From: the human T2T-CHM13v2.0 reference genome, Homo sapiens
DNA length: 64,000 nt
Assembly: GCF_009914755.1 (NCBI RefSeq)
Contig: NC_060937.1
Strand: one strand, 5' to 3'
Shown: positions 17,462 through 32,114 of the stretch, in pieces
Position numbering within the stretch: the stretch's first letter is position 1
How the letters are laid out: each line of letters opens with the position of its first letter
Notes under the pieces: model-generated
Database searches by the model: none
Told to the model about the DNA's origin: nothing
What the model saw: only the letters and a program-made list of their open reading frames with translations
Program-made: the position numbers and the translations under genes

Positions 17462-17800
17462 CAGTCATCCCTTGGTATCTGTGAGGGATTGGTTCCAGAA
17501 CCTCCCACAGATACCAAAATCCATGAATGTTCAAGTCCCTGATATAGGCAAATGGCATAGTATTTGCATACAACATATACACATCCTCCCATATACTTTA
17601 AATCATCTCTAGATTACTTATGATACCTAATACAATATAAGTGCCATGTAAATAGTTGTCATACTGTATTGTTTAGAGAATAATGACAAGAAAAAACATC
17701 TGTACATGTTTGGTACAGATGCAATTTTTTCTCAAATATTTTTTATTTGTGGCCAGTTGAATCCATGGATACAGAATCCACAGATATAGAGGGCTGACTG
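17462..17800 (+). mobile_element. MER2 (TcMar-Tigger MITE)
   Basis: TIRs CAGTCATCCCTTGGTATCTGTG...CACAGATATAGAGGGCTGACTG, TA TSDs on both sides. Confidence 0.93.
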
Positions 17801-17852
17801 TATATCTTTTCAGGTCCATAATGATGGAATTTATGTTGTTAATTTTACCAAA

Positions 17853-18016
17853 TACTATGGATTGAATTGTGTTCCCCCAAAATTCATATGTTAAAGCCCT
17901 AACCCCCAGTGTGATTTTATTTGGAGATAGAGTCTTTAGCAGATTATTAAGGTTAAGTGAGGTCCTAAAAATAGAGTCCTAATGTTGCAGAACTGTGGCC
18001 TTATAAGAAAAGGAAG

Positions 18017-18017
<1 letters not shown>
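17853..18017 (+). mobile_element. MST/MLT1A-type LTR 5' fragment
   Basis: TATGGATTGAATTGTGTTCCCCCAAAATTCATATGTTAAAGCCCTAACCCCCAGTGTG. Confidence 0.8.

Positions 18018-18018
<1 letters not shown>

Positions 18019-18084
<66 letters not shown>
18019..18084. repeat. (TC)n microsatellite
   Basis: About 33 perfect TC units. Confidence 0.98.
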
Positions 18085-18086
<2 letters not shown>

Positions 18087-18924
18087 CTTTCCTCTGTCTG
18101 GCTTTTTGTGGCTGTGTGTTTGTTGTTTAACCGGTAGATTGAACCCAGTGTTTCTGCCAAATGAAATGCATGGATCAATGCAGCTTGATCTAAAGTTATA
18201 TTCTTTACTCTTTGGTTTAGTACCTCCACATCTATTTCCACAAGTATTCAAAATATTTGCTGATATAAACTGGTAACCTTTTGCAATTGTTTAGTTATGA
18301 AGTCTTTTCCTTCTGGGTTTGACTTTGTAATTGGATTCCCGGTCACGCTGGGTTCTGACCCTGGTTTGAAGTGTAAAAATAATGAGAAGGAGGGAAGATG
18401 GGGTTTGAGGAGAATTGGTCAACCCTTTCCAGGTAATTAGCTTAGATAAGGTCATTTTAAAGTTTCAAGCAAAATAACCATAGCCTCATAAGACTGTAAA
18501 GACAGCCTGCTTCCACTGACAAGAGAGTGTCAGTGGGGTTTTGCTGTGGAGTGTACTCTAAATATGGGGGAACATATTCACTTTTTTACAGTGTGCTCCA
18601 ACATTCCTTCATTCCAGATTTCAGGGTTCCAGTCTTTCCCAAACAATGCCTGAATTCTCATACAAGAAACCTGGCAAAACTGTGACTTCAACTCATGTTA
18701 TAATTCAAAAACCCTTTGGTGTCAAATTTTGAGGGCTTTTGTTTGTTCATTGATTTGGTTTGTTGGTTTATTCTTTTTGTTTTTATTTTTTTTATTTTTT
18801 TCGGTTCTAAATTACTGGCTTAAAGCATGGACTGAAGATCAGGAATTGGAACTTGTTAGTTTCTCTTTGTAAGTGTCCAGACCATGGGAAACAAGCCTCC
18901 CATTCCTAGCGCTGATTTTCATAC

Positions 18925-19633
18925 CATTCAGAGTTCTTGATTGCAAGCAACATAATCCAACTCTAGCTAATTGGAGCAAAGAAATAGTTTATTAAAAAGT
19001 TATTTGGCGGCCGGGCATGGTGGCTCACGCCTGTAATCCCAACACTTTGGGAGGCCGAGGAGGGCGGATCACGAGGTCAGGAGATTGAGACCATCCTGAC
19101 TAACACGGTGAAACCCCGCCTCTACTACTAAAAAAAAATGAAAAAAGAAAAAAAGTTATTTGGCAACTCTCCAACTTATCATGAGGGCTGGAAAACAACG
19201 TTCAGGACTACTCAGGCAAGAACAATACCCCAAATCACACTTCAGAGGGGGCCCTGTGAGTTCACATGGGCAACACTGCTGAGCACTAGATGCTGGCACT
19301 TGTACCCTCCACACTGCTGTCCCTCTCTATGACATGCTGTCACTCGTCATGCCACTGCTGCCTGAAAAACTTGATTTTTCTGAAAATACTACTGCTGCTC
19401 TGTCCCCAAAGAGAGTTCCCTGTGATGCTCATGAGTCATAGATGCATCTGGTCTGCTGAGCCTAGGTCATATACCTGGTCCCTAGCTGTAAGGGAGGCTG
19501 GAAAAGTGGGTGTCTGGTATTTTCAGCTCTTCAGGGAAAGATACCTTCATCAAATAGATGAATTTCTCCAACTCACCCCTAGAAAGGGGTTTCAGATCCT
19601 AGACAGCCAAAATAAATGTAAATGTCCACTACA
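18925..19633 (-). mobile_element. Old MLT1K/L-like LTR; 5' LTR of ERVL-type provirus (contains an Alu monomer)
   Basis: GAGTTCTTGATTGCAAGCAAC...CTGAGCCTAGGTCATATACCTGGTCCCTAGCTGTAAGGGAGGCTGGAAAAGTG; minus-strand start TGTAGTGGACATTT. Confidence 0.7.
19009..19149 (+). mobile_element. AluY/Sc-type left monomer only, with TSD
   Basis: GGATCACGAGGTCAGGAGATTGAGACCATCCTGACTAACACGG; TSD AAAAAGTTATTTGGC at 18994-19008 and 19150-19164. Confidence 0.93.
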
Positions 19634-19663
19634 GTAAGCAGCAAGGATAACAATAGCCAATAA

Positions 19664-19992
<329 letters not shown>

Positions 19993-20040
19993 GGCAAGAG
20001 GATAACAATAGCCAATGACAGTGGTCTGTGATGTCTGAAG

Positions 20041-20408
20041 CATCCATCTCTACTCTCAGATTACTATAGTGAGGATCAGGGCATCTCCTGATGCCCTGGG
20101 AGGTCTTTCTCAAAGCACACTCTAGTTACTCCATTCTTGTTGCATCATGCAGCCTGGTGGCAGGGCTTTCTTGTTTAGGCACAGCAGCTGGTCACTGCAC
20201 AACTCCAGGGGCGCCATTTCAGTTGTGCAGTGCAACGGCTTCATCTAGTGGAAAGAGCACTGGATGTGGAGGGATACAGACTGAGGTTTGAGCCCAAGCA
20301 CTGGTGCATGCAGCCTGGGTGGATTTAGACACATCCTTTCATTACTTTATGCCTCAGGGGTCTCCTGCCCTGATCCTCACTGTAGTAATCTGAGAGTAGA
20401 GATGGATG
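20041..20408. repeat. 43-bp inverted repeats (20041-20083 / 20366-20408) enclosing a 261-bp direct copy of 22728-22988
   Basis: Manual alignment: 1 mismatch between arms; 7 substitutions and no indels between the 261-bp copies. Confidence 0.97.
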
Positions 20409-20539
20409 AACTTTGCAAGTTCATTCTGCCCGATGCTGGATGAAAACTACCCAATGCTGCTCTTTGGACTTTCCATTTCCAGGTTTTATGCTATTCATCT
20501 GTCTTTAATGAAGCATCAATTAGACTGGATTGCTTCTTA

Positions 20540-20737
20540 CCTGGGAGCAACTATGCTGCCCTGGGGATATTTGGCAATGTTTTTGGTTGTCATAAGTGGC
20601 AGGGGTAAGTGCTACTGGCATCTAGTGAATTGAGGCCAGGGATACTGCTTCATATCCTGCAATGAATAGGAGAGCACCTTACAATACAGAATTATCCAGC
20701 CCCAAATGTCAGTGATGCCAAAGTTGAGAAATTCTGG
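20540..20737 (+). mobile_element. MER20 (hAT-Charlie)
   Basis: GCTACTGGCATCTAGTG...GAATTATCCAGCCCCAAATGTCAGTGATGCCAAAGTTGAGAAATTCTG. Confidence 0.85.
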
Positions 20738-21015
20738 GCTAGAAAGAAGCCCTTCTCTTCCTGTTTTGGGCTTTGGAATGCAATCGATTCTTGTAGATGA
20801 CTTCTACAGACAAGCAGTCTTACCTATCAAGTATTGATTTTATTTCTTCGGCCTGCCAGGTTGCCTCAAGCTCGACCCTATGTCTTCCCTGCAATGATGT
20901 CTACTACATTCGGCCTTGGGGATGTCCTCTAGTTTCCTTGAATAGGATGTCAGCACAGATTAGTTCAACAGAGTAGGAAGTTGTCATCTTAAAAGTCCAG
21001 GAGGATTATCTGATC

Positions 21016-21238
21016 CAGCAGTTCTCAACTGGGTACAATATTGCTGCCAAGGGGAAAATTGTCAATGTCTGAAGACAACTTTAGTTGTCTTAAATTGACG
21101 GGGGGCTGGGGTATGGTGCAGACCCTACTGACTAGAGGCCACGGATGCTGTTGAGCATACTATAATGCACAGGGCAACCCCACAATAAAGAATTATCTAG
21201 CCCAAAATGTCAGTGGTGTCAAGGTTGAGAAGCGCTAG
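21016..21238 (+). mobile_element. MER20 (second copy)
   Basis: CAGCAGTTCTCAAC...AAGAATTATCTAGCCCAAAATGTCAGTGGTGTCAAGGTTGAGAA. Confidence 0.85.
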
Positions 21239-22035
21239 TCTAGTCTTGCTGAGGTGCAACCTGGGAGAGATTCTGCATGTTAAGGGGGAATGGTAAACAG
21301 AGAACCAGGGGCCCAAAGTGCAGTACATGTACCAGACGGGAAAAGCAGACCTGGGCCTGCAGAGAGTATCCTCAGAAGGTCCCAGAGCCCTATAAGCTGA
21401 GGGGATTGAAGGGGAGGAGAAGGCAGCAATACAAAAACTGAAAGAGTCCTAAAGGGGGCAGGAGAGCAGAAGTCAATCCTCATGAACCCAGTCATTTTCC
21501 CCAGTATGGAGAGCAGTGGGCTGGATGGAAGCATGGGAGAGGTAGGGTTCAGTAGAAGCCCAGCTCTTTCCCTGGCAGGGCAGGAACCTCAGTTGCTGTC
21601 ACCTGCCTCTCAGTGATGAGGGTCAGGCTGAAGTGATATCTGTGCTATGGATTCCACATCCCTGTTCAGGTCAACTCACACTTATTGAATAAGCACCTGC
21701 TATGGGGATTGCACAGACTGTGGGGGATTCAGAGATGAATGAGATGCATCCCCAAAAAGTTGGGATCCAGGAGAGAGATGGCGAGCGTGCAGATGTCTCT
21801 CAGATACAACAGAAAGCATCATCCCAAAGGCACAAATCACCATGGAGCACCAGGGAGGGCAGGAAGAAGGAGGAAGGAATACATTTCCATCTAGGATAGG
21901 CTGAAAGGCAGAATTATGCTAGGAAGGGAAGGTGTTACCTAAATTCCTGCCTGCATGCTAAGCGCTCGGGTTAAAGAACTAGTGACCAAGCTTGTCTTCT
22001 GAAACACATATTCTCCTGCTCTGAAAATAAGATGA

Positions 22036-22594
22036 AGTTTTATGCCGTTCTTGCATCGCTATAAAGCAGGGGTGTCCAACCTTTCAGCTTCCCTAGCCCA
22101 CGTTGGAAGAAGAAGTATGTCTTGGGCCATACATAAAATACACTAACACCAACAATAGCTGATGTACTAAAGAAAAAAACGGCAAAATAAAGTCTCATAA
22201 TGTTGTAAGAAAGTTTAAGGATTTGTGTCAGGCTGCATTCAAATCTGTCCTGGGCCTCATGCAGCATGTGAGCTGTAGGTTGGAAAAGCTTGCTGTAAAG
22301 AAGTACCAGAGGCTGGGTAATTTATAAAGAAGAGAGGTTTAGTTGGCTTATGGTTCTGCAGGCTTTACAGGAAGCATGGTGCTGGCATCTGCTTGGCTTC
22401 TGCTGAAACGTCAGGGAGCTCTCAGTCATGGCAGAAGGTGAAGGGAGAAGCCAGTGTCTCACATGGTGTGAGGACACCAAGCTGTGAAGAATCTGCCCCC
22501 ACGACCCAAACACCTCCCACCAGGCCCCACCTCCAACACTGAGTGTTACATTTCAACATAAGATTTGGCAGGGACAAATATCCAAAATGTATCA
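22036..22594 (-). mobile_element. MSTA/MSTB solo LTR interrupted by MER30
   Basis: GGCTGGGTAATTTATAAAGAAGAGAGGTTTAGTTGGCT...; 5-bp TSD GATGA (22031-22035, 22595-22599). Confidence 0.9.
22067..22292 (+). mobile_element. MER30 (hAT-Charlie)
   Basis: CAGGGGTGTCCAACC...GGTTGGAAAAGCTTG; 8-bp TSD CTATAAAG/CTGTAAAG. Confidence 0.9.
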
Positions 22595-22789
22595 GATGAG
22601 GTGTTATGTCGTAGCCAGGAAACTGATACAAGCCAGAAGGAATCACTGATTTTCCTACTTCAATAAATGTGAATTCTAACATGAAAAGATAAAGGGCTTC
22701 AACCTACATTCACAAAGTCCATATCAGTGGGAGGCCTTTCTCAAAGCACACTCTAGTTATTCCATTCTTGTTGCATCATGCGGCCTGGT

Positions 22790-23115
22790 GGCAGGGCTTT
22801 CTTGTTTAGGCACAGCAGCTGGGCACTGCACAACTCCAGGGGCGCCATTTCAGTTGTGCAGTGCAACGGCTTCACCTAGTGGAAAGAGCACTGGATATGG
22901 AGGGATACAGACTGAGGTTTGAGCCCAAGCACTGGTGCATGCAACCTGGGTGGATTTAGACACATCCTTTCATTACTTTATGCCTCAGTTTCTTCATCTG
23001 CAAAATGGAAATCTCGTCTACCTCTTGTAAGGGGCTCAAATAAGAGTAAGAATGTGCAAGTTCATTCTAAAATATATAGCACTACAGAAATATAGGGTCT
23101 TACTATTATTTTTAT
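22790..23115 (+). mobile_element. MER91-like palindromic relic followed by MIR
   Basis: GCACTGCACAACTCCAGGGGCGCCATTTCAGTTGTGCAGTGC hairpin; MIR core GCCTCAGTTTCTTCATCTGCAAAATGG. Confidence 0.7.
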
Positions 23116-24897
23116 TTACCAGAATAGCTCCAGTGTTCACTGAAGGGCTCATAAATATTCTGAAGCCCTCCTCTGCATATTGATGCCACCCAGTGTTTCC
23201 AGATCTCACTAGCTTATGCCTTCAAATGGAATTACATTAACATCCATTGCATAACTGTAGGCTCTCTTTCCCCACACTGCGTCCCACACAGTCTTGCCAT
23301 CTATTTGGGATTCTTCCAGTGTATCTTACATGTGCTCAATGACAGTCCTTTATGCTGTTCCATCCAGCCTCCTCATCAGAATCTGCTGCCTGCAATGGGG
23401 CCTCCTTCCCCCATCACAGCTGCTGGGTCTTCAGGAGAATAGGACTCAGTGCCCTGGCATCTCCCTCTGCCTCCCTGGGCACTGCACCTCTCCATGGAGG
23501 CTGCACAGAGCCTCAGGATAACTGAGTTTGTGGCATGGGTGCCCCTCTCCCCAGCTGTGCATTGTTCTTTATCATCTGGACCCTGAAGGAGAACTGTAAG
23601 GGCCCCAAGTTACACAAAGTGCCTTTGATCAAGCTTCCTTGGTTTCTGCCTGGAGTCCCTCTTTAGGAGGATGAAACATGGTCCCTGGTGTGGGCTGGTC
23701 TGGGACCTGAGCACCAACTACCTTTTGTGGTCCCTTCTGTCCATTTCTTTCCCCATAGAAAGAAATGGAGAACTTGCCAATCTCCAGCCTTTCCTTTTCC
23801 TCCTCAGCCAGGAAGGAATTCTTCATCCTATCATCCTATGGCTGGGTGGGCATCCAGGGAGGCACTCTCTGTTGCCACAGGTTCAATTACCATGCAGGTT
23901 TGGCCAAGACCACCTGCTACATTTGATTTAGTGAAGTTATAAATAAAGGAACTGGAGAGGTTTAAATTTTGGAACCAATGTGGTCAACAATGACTTTGAG
24001 GATGGGAAGGTATTTCAATATATCTTGTTACAGTGGTTTGTCATCATGACTCACACTTAGCAAGCCTCCATTTAGCACTGCATCAGCATAATATTTTAAT
24101 ATAGCAAGGAAGTGGACTTTAGTCATTGTTCCAATGCTACGTAAATAGATGCATCCTCGCTAGCTCAGAGATCAGTTTTTCCTGCTCTCATCAATCCTTG
24201 GGAGCTCATCGCAAAAGATGACATACACATTCTTCTTCCACACCTCCCCCACACACCAAAAGTTCTATTCAGGGGCCTGGCTCTAGAGGTTCATATTCAG
24301 TCTGACATGAGGACATATCCCCAAGCTCTCCCAATAATGAGTCCCGGGCCTGAATGCCCTTAACAACACTGCGACCCACTTCTCCATAGTGAACATGGAC
24401 TTTCTTTAGGGGTCCTGGTGGTCTTTTTAAAGGATACTCACTGGCACTTCTCTTAATGAAGAGTTATGTACTGACAAAACACTTTGTGATCAGGAATTTT
24501 GCCACCATTATTAGAGATAAACTGGACACACAGGGATGCACCCCCTCGAAATCTGCATGGTTCACAATAACCTCCTAAGAGTCAAATTCAGGGGATGCTT
24601 CTTAATTATCCCACTCGATCTCTCTTCTACCTCTGGCAGGGTCGAATCAGGGAAGCAGAAGAGAGTAGTGGAAATATGTAAATTGAGTTCAAACCTTTGT
24701 TCACCTCTTACTTGCCATGGGACCCTGGGCAAGTTATTAAACTTCGCTGAGCCTAACTTTTCCTCTTCAGTAAATTATGTAAAATGATGCATAAGATCTC
24801 TTATGCATTTCTGAGTATTATAATGTATACAAAGCTATTGGAATATAGTGGGTCTTCAATAACTAATAGTTATTCTTATTTACCAGTTTTCTTTCTT

Positions 24898-25519
24898 TCT
24901 TTCTTTCTTTTTTTTGAGATGGAGTCTTGCTCTGTTGCCCAGGCTGGAGTGAAGTGGCATGATCTCAGCTCACTGCAACCTTGCCTTCTGGGTTCAAGTG
25001 ATTTTCCTGCCTCAGCCTCCCAACTAGCTGGGATTACAGGCACCTGCAAACACACTCGGCTAATTGTTTTGTATTTTTAGTAGAGGCGGGGTTTCACCAT
25101 GTTGGCCAGGCTGGTTTCGAACACCTGACCTCAGGTGATCTGCCCGCCTCGGCCTCCCAAAGTGCTAGAATTACAGGCATGAGCCACCACTCCTGCCAGA
25201 CCTCCCTATCTTAAGAGACACAAAAATATTAAAGTTAGGCCAGTTAATAACTCTACAATGGCCTCTAAGTGTTCAAGTGAAAGGAAGAGTTGCATGCCTT
25301 TCACTTAAAATCAAGAGCTAGAAATGATTAAGCTTAGTGAGGAAGGCATGTTGAAAGCTGACATAGGCCAAGAGCTAGGCCTCTTGCACCAGTCAACCAA
25401 GTAGAGAGGAGGTTTCACCATGTTGGCCAGGCTGGTTTTGAACTCCTGAGCTCAAATCACTCGCCCACCTTGACCTCCCAAAGTGCCGGGATTACAGGCG
25501 TGAGCCACTCTTCCTGGCC
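24898..25519 (-). mobile_element. Composite: AluS + 200-bp Tigger1 piece (25201-25401) + second Alu left monomer, inside one TSD
   Basis: TSD AGTTTTCTTTCTT 24885-24897 / AGTTTTCATTCTT 25520-25532; Tigger1 piece matches 63436-63637. Confidence 0.9.
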
Positions 25520-26179
25520 AGTTTTCATTCTTAAACTATTTTTTTGGCATATTGTGACACATCTACGCCATACTAATCTTTCTACCTCACTTTCCATCCC
25601 TCATTCATCCACTCAACAGTATTTATGAAGTGTTGGCTATATGCCAAGCATTTTACTAGGCACTGGGCTTACAAAAATTAATAATCACAGCATCTACTTA
25701 CAGGAGCTCATAGTCTAGTAGGGAGACAGATATACAAATCTCAATAACTGCTGCAGTAGAGAACTGTACAACTGTGGTTTGGACACAATGGCCTAATGTG
25801 CCAACGAGAATCTGGGAAGTCTTCAGGTTTGAGCTCAGCATTGAAGGAGGGGCCTACATTTGCCAGGCAAACAGAAGGAAAGGTGTCCTGATCAGAGAGA
25901 GCACCATGTGCAGTATCAGTGAAAACCATTTAATTAATAGCAACACCACAAGCCTCAACAGAAAAAAATTTGGGCAATATCATTTGATGCTATCTCAGAC
26001 CAAACTTGATGTGGTCATTTTTCTCCACAAACTTTTGGATAGGAAGGCAATCTCACACATGACCGAAATCATCCTCGAACATCACTTATAAATGCAGATG
26101 TAACAGCTCTCATAATGGCCCACAGTATCAGTGTTGTCTTGGGTCTAGGAGACATGAGGTATGAAAATCATGCTAAAAC

Positions 26180-26491
<312 letters not shown>

Positions 26492-27989
26492 CTAAAACCT
26501 AGCACCACAATCAGCATGAGACATTCACACCAGAAAAGTCACACTAAAAGTCAGACCAGCTAAGGAAAAGCAGTTCAACTTTCCGTCTCCAACAAGCATA
26601 CATTCATTGGGTGGGATGGTGAGGAAAAAAAACACTGTAGATTTAGATACAGCTATTTTTCTCTCTCATTTTCCCCCTTCCCACCTTCCAAAGGGTATAA
26701 TTGATTTTGCTCAAGTTGAATACATGTATGATGTGACTCTCCCATTTGGAGCTCTTATATCATAATGTGCCAATAATTTTCTAAGATTTTCTTTGCATAG
26801 GCTGGAACATTAACAATGGAGTCCTGTAGTCCATGTTTTTATTGCAAAAACTATAGCAACATTCAATGGAGTATTGTTTAAGAGCCTTTTAAAACAAGTA
26901 GCTAGGTTTGATTGGCAAAGCAGTATTTACATGGGCACCCTCATGAGTTGCTGATGGCGTTGAACTTGAGCCCCTTTTAAAAAGCAACTTGGCAATCATG
27001 ATAGTGATTATGATAATGAAAATATTTATTGACTGCTAATTTATTGTGCTTCAGTCACTGTGCATGTATTAATCCACACTCCTCCATTCTGTAACACTAC
27101 TATTAGTAACTCTATTTGACAGGTGAGGAAACTGGAACACAGAGAGCTTAAGAAAACTTCTTTAAGTTTTCTTAAACAACTAGGAAATGGCAGAGCAGGG
27201 ATCCAAACAAAAGCTCTCTGCCTCCAATGCCAAAGACTACACTCTGAACCATACGCTACACTGCCTTCTATTGTACCAAATGCTAATACTTTTCAACATA
27301 GTTACTGCACTTCTGGACTTCCACAACAGCAACAACAACAACAAAATCCTAATCATGGACAATGCTATATGCAAGAAAATTTATATCATAATATTATATG
27401 TCATTGGAACCAACCCAAACATCCAAACATTGAGGAGCAGTTAGAAAAATGCTCTACATTCAAGCAGTTGAACATTATGTGCCATTAAAAATGATGGTCA
27501 TGGCTTCTGGGTAAAGGAAGTGGATTGAATACTTGCATCTATGATTACTCCCTCTCTAAATGACAGTGAGACGATTGTTTTCTTTTAAGGCTTAAAGCCA
27601 CAAAGACTGGAACAAGAAGAGACAACAGCAGTTTTAATTTCAAAGCTTGAAAAATGTATAGATTCTCAAATAATATGTGACTTAACAGATATGAGAAGGC
27701 TGACTCCTAACCTGGCAGTGGGAAAAGGCATGAATCAATCTAATTTATATCTTAGGATTCTTTAAAGGCTCAGAGATTGGTGGTGTCAAAGCAGAATGAA
27801 GGGAGGGGGACAAAAATAAGGGGAAGAGGCTGAAAGTCTAAGAAGCAATTGGATACTCCATTGTCTCCTCTCCTATTCTGTACAATCAGGAGACTATCTT
27901 TTGCTCAATCTTAACAAAAGACAGAGAGTTTACTCCTGGAGAGGTTAAGACAGATACTCTCCAGACTCACGAATTCACACTCTTTGTGC

Positions 27990-28880
27990 TGCATGAATGG
28001 AAGGGTCTCAATTAGAGTACTCTTTCAGCAACACTTGATGTACTTGATCACTCTGTCTTCCTTGAAATATTTTTCTGGTTGGTTTCCACATAGTTCTCCC
28101 TCTTGATTCTCTGCCTTCCTCACCGAGGCCTCCTTTGCAGTCCCCTTTGCTGTTTCTTCCTCATCTCCTCAACCTCTAGATGTTGGAGTACCACAGGATT
28201 CCATCCTTGAGTCACTTCTCCATCTACATTATTCCCTAGGCAATCTCTCTCAACCTTATAACTATAAATAGTATCTCCTGCATTTACATCTCCAGCCTCT
28301 TCCCTAAATACCACTCTCATATATCCACCCACCACTTTACACATACATTCCATGGGTGTCTCACACTGAATGTGTGCAAAACCAAACCTGCTTCCTCCAC
28401 AATCTTCTCCATCTTGTAAAATGGCAATTCTATTCTTCCAAAGCCTTGGAGTCATCCTTGATTCCTCTCTGTCTCTGTCATCCCATAATCAATGTGTTAG
28501 CAAATCCAAAAAATATATCCAGAATGTAACCATATATCAGTACCAATTTGGCTCCACCCTGGTCCAAGACATCACCATGACTTGAATGGATTGTTTCAAT
28601 CACCTCCTAAATGTTCACTCAGCTTTCTTCCTTCCCCTTCAGTCTTTTCTCCACAAAGCAATTTGAATGGCTCTTCTCTCCTGTCCTTCCTAGATCACTA
28701 AGCTACATCCATACCCTTCTTGATCGTCTCCAAAACTATCAGGCACATTCGTGCCTCAGGGACTTTGCCTATTCCCTTTGCTTTGGAGGATTTCCCCTCT
28801 CACTAGCTCTCCTATGTCCATCAGGTATTTGTCCAATTCCACCTTGTCAGTAAGGTCTTCTTGGACCACTCTATGTAAAA
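27990..28880. mobile_element. L2 fragment
   Basis: CTCCTCAACCTCTAGATGTTGGAGTACCACAGG, CTTGGAGTCATCCTTGATTCCTCTCTGTCTCT, GCCTCAGGGACTTTGC. Confidence 0.8.
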
Positions 28881-28889
28881 TATTTTGCA

Positions 28890-29187
28890 TGTTTGTTCGT
28901 TTGTTTGTTTTTTTGAGATGGAGTTTTGCTCTTGTCACACAGGCTAGAGTGCAATGGTGCGATCTTGGCTCACTGCAACCTCCGCCTCCTGAGTTCTCTA
29001 GCCTCAGCCTCCCAAGTAGCTGGGATTATAGATGCCTGGCACCACACCCGGCTAATCTTTGTATATTTAGTAGAGATGGGATTTCACCATGTTGGCGAGG
29101 CTGGTCTCAAACTCCTGACCTCACGTGATCCCCCACCTCAGCCTCCCAAAGTGCTGGGATTATGGGTGTGAGCTACCACGCCTGGCC
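28890..29187 (-). mobile_element. AluS (Sp/Sq-like)
   Basis: Antisense Alu GAGATGGAGTTTTGCTCTTGTC...CCACGCCTGGCC. Confidence 0.95.
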
Positions 29188-29543
29188 TAAAGTATTTTTT
29201 GTAGGCCTTCCTACGTGCTTCACCAAGGCAGAATTGTTTATGTTTCATTCACTCCTGCCTCGAAAGTATTTAAAACAGTGCTTGACACATGACAGGCACT
29301 CAGTAAATAATGAGTGAATGAGGAAAACCAGTCATGATTAAAGTAGGATTACAGGATGAGAATTCTGCCATTCCTAATCCTAGCCCAGGAATGTTCACAA
29401 GCAAGGCTGTGACTTCCATGCAGGAAAATGGAATTGCGTTCTCTAGGGAATCTGTCAGCTCAAGGGAAAAGAATTAAAGGCACTCACATAGGGATCCCAA
29501 TGAAAACTTCCAGGCAGTTTGCCCTATAAAGATGATCACAACT

Positions 29544-29643
29544 AGGGTGACCTCAACCCAGGACTACAGGGTTTCCTGGTGCATGGGACTTTCAGTGCTA
29601 AAACTGGGATAGTCTCAGGCAAACCAGGGTTGTTGGTCACCCT
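29544..29643 (+). mobile_element. MER94-like hAT-Blackjack MITE
   Basis: TIRs AGGGTGACC...GGTCACCCT; GGGACTTTCAGTGCTAAAACTGGGA. Confidence 0.8.
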
Positions 29644-29649
29644 TCCATA

Positions 29650-31504
<1,855 letters not shown>

Positions 31505-31617
31505 TTTTTTATTTTTAAGTAAACTTTTGATTGATGTATTATGTAAATAGACAGAAGTGTACAAATCATAAGTACAAGGTGAACACTTCATATAACAGCA
31601 CCCAAATCATGAAATAA

Positions 31618-31920
<303 letters not shown>

Positions 31921-32114
31921 TAAAACTTTACCCATACCCAGAAAGGCTCCTTTGTGGCCTCTCCCAGTCACCAACGTCCCACTAAGGATTACCAGTATCT
32001 AACTTGTGACATAAATTTTGGAATATGCATAAATGGAATTATATGTAAATAATATTCATAATTATATACAATAGTAATTACAACAGTAATATAATAAATA
32101 CAATACAAAATATA

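Larger units (their letters stand above)
16380..18924 (-). mobile_element. ERVL-class internal sequence (RT and gag relics), interrupted by MER2 and an MST/MLT1A piece
   Basis: Minus-strand peptide LWIMTESYCNLNQGVIPIAITLVDMVSLL resembles ERVL RT (WRMTVDYRKLNQVVTPIAAAVPDVVSLL, from recall); PBS-like TGAAAATCAGCGCTAGGAATGGG next to the LTR. Confidence 0.75.

Noticed and set aside
20540-21238. Two similar segments 480 bp apart
   Set aside because: Diverged independent MER20 copies, not a local duplication
27123-27488. 121-aa ORF with a polyQ stretch
   Set aside because: Built from MIR sequence, a (CAA)n tract and an L1 fragment; no coding evidence
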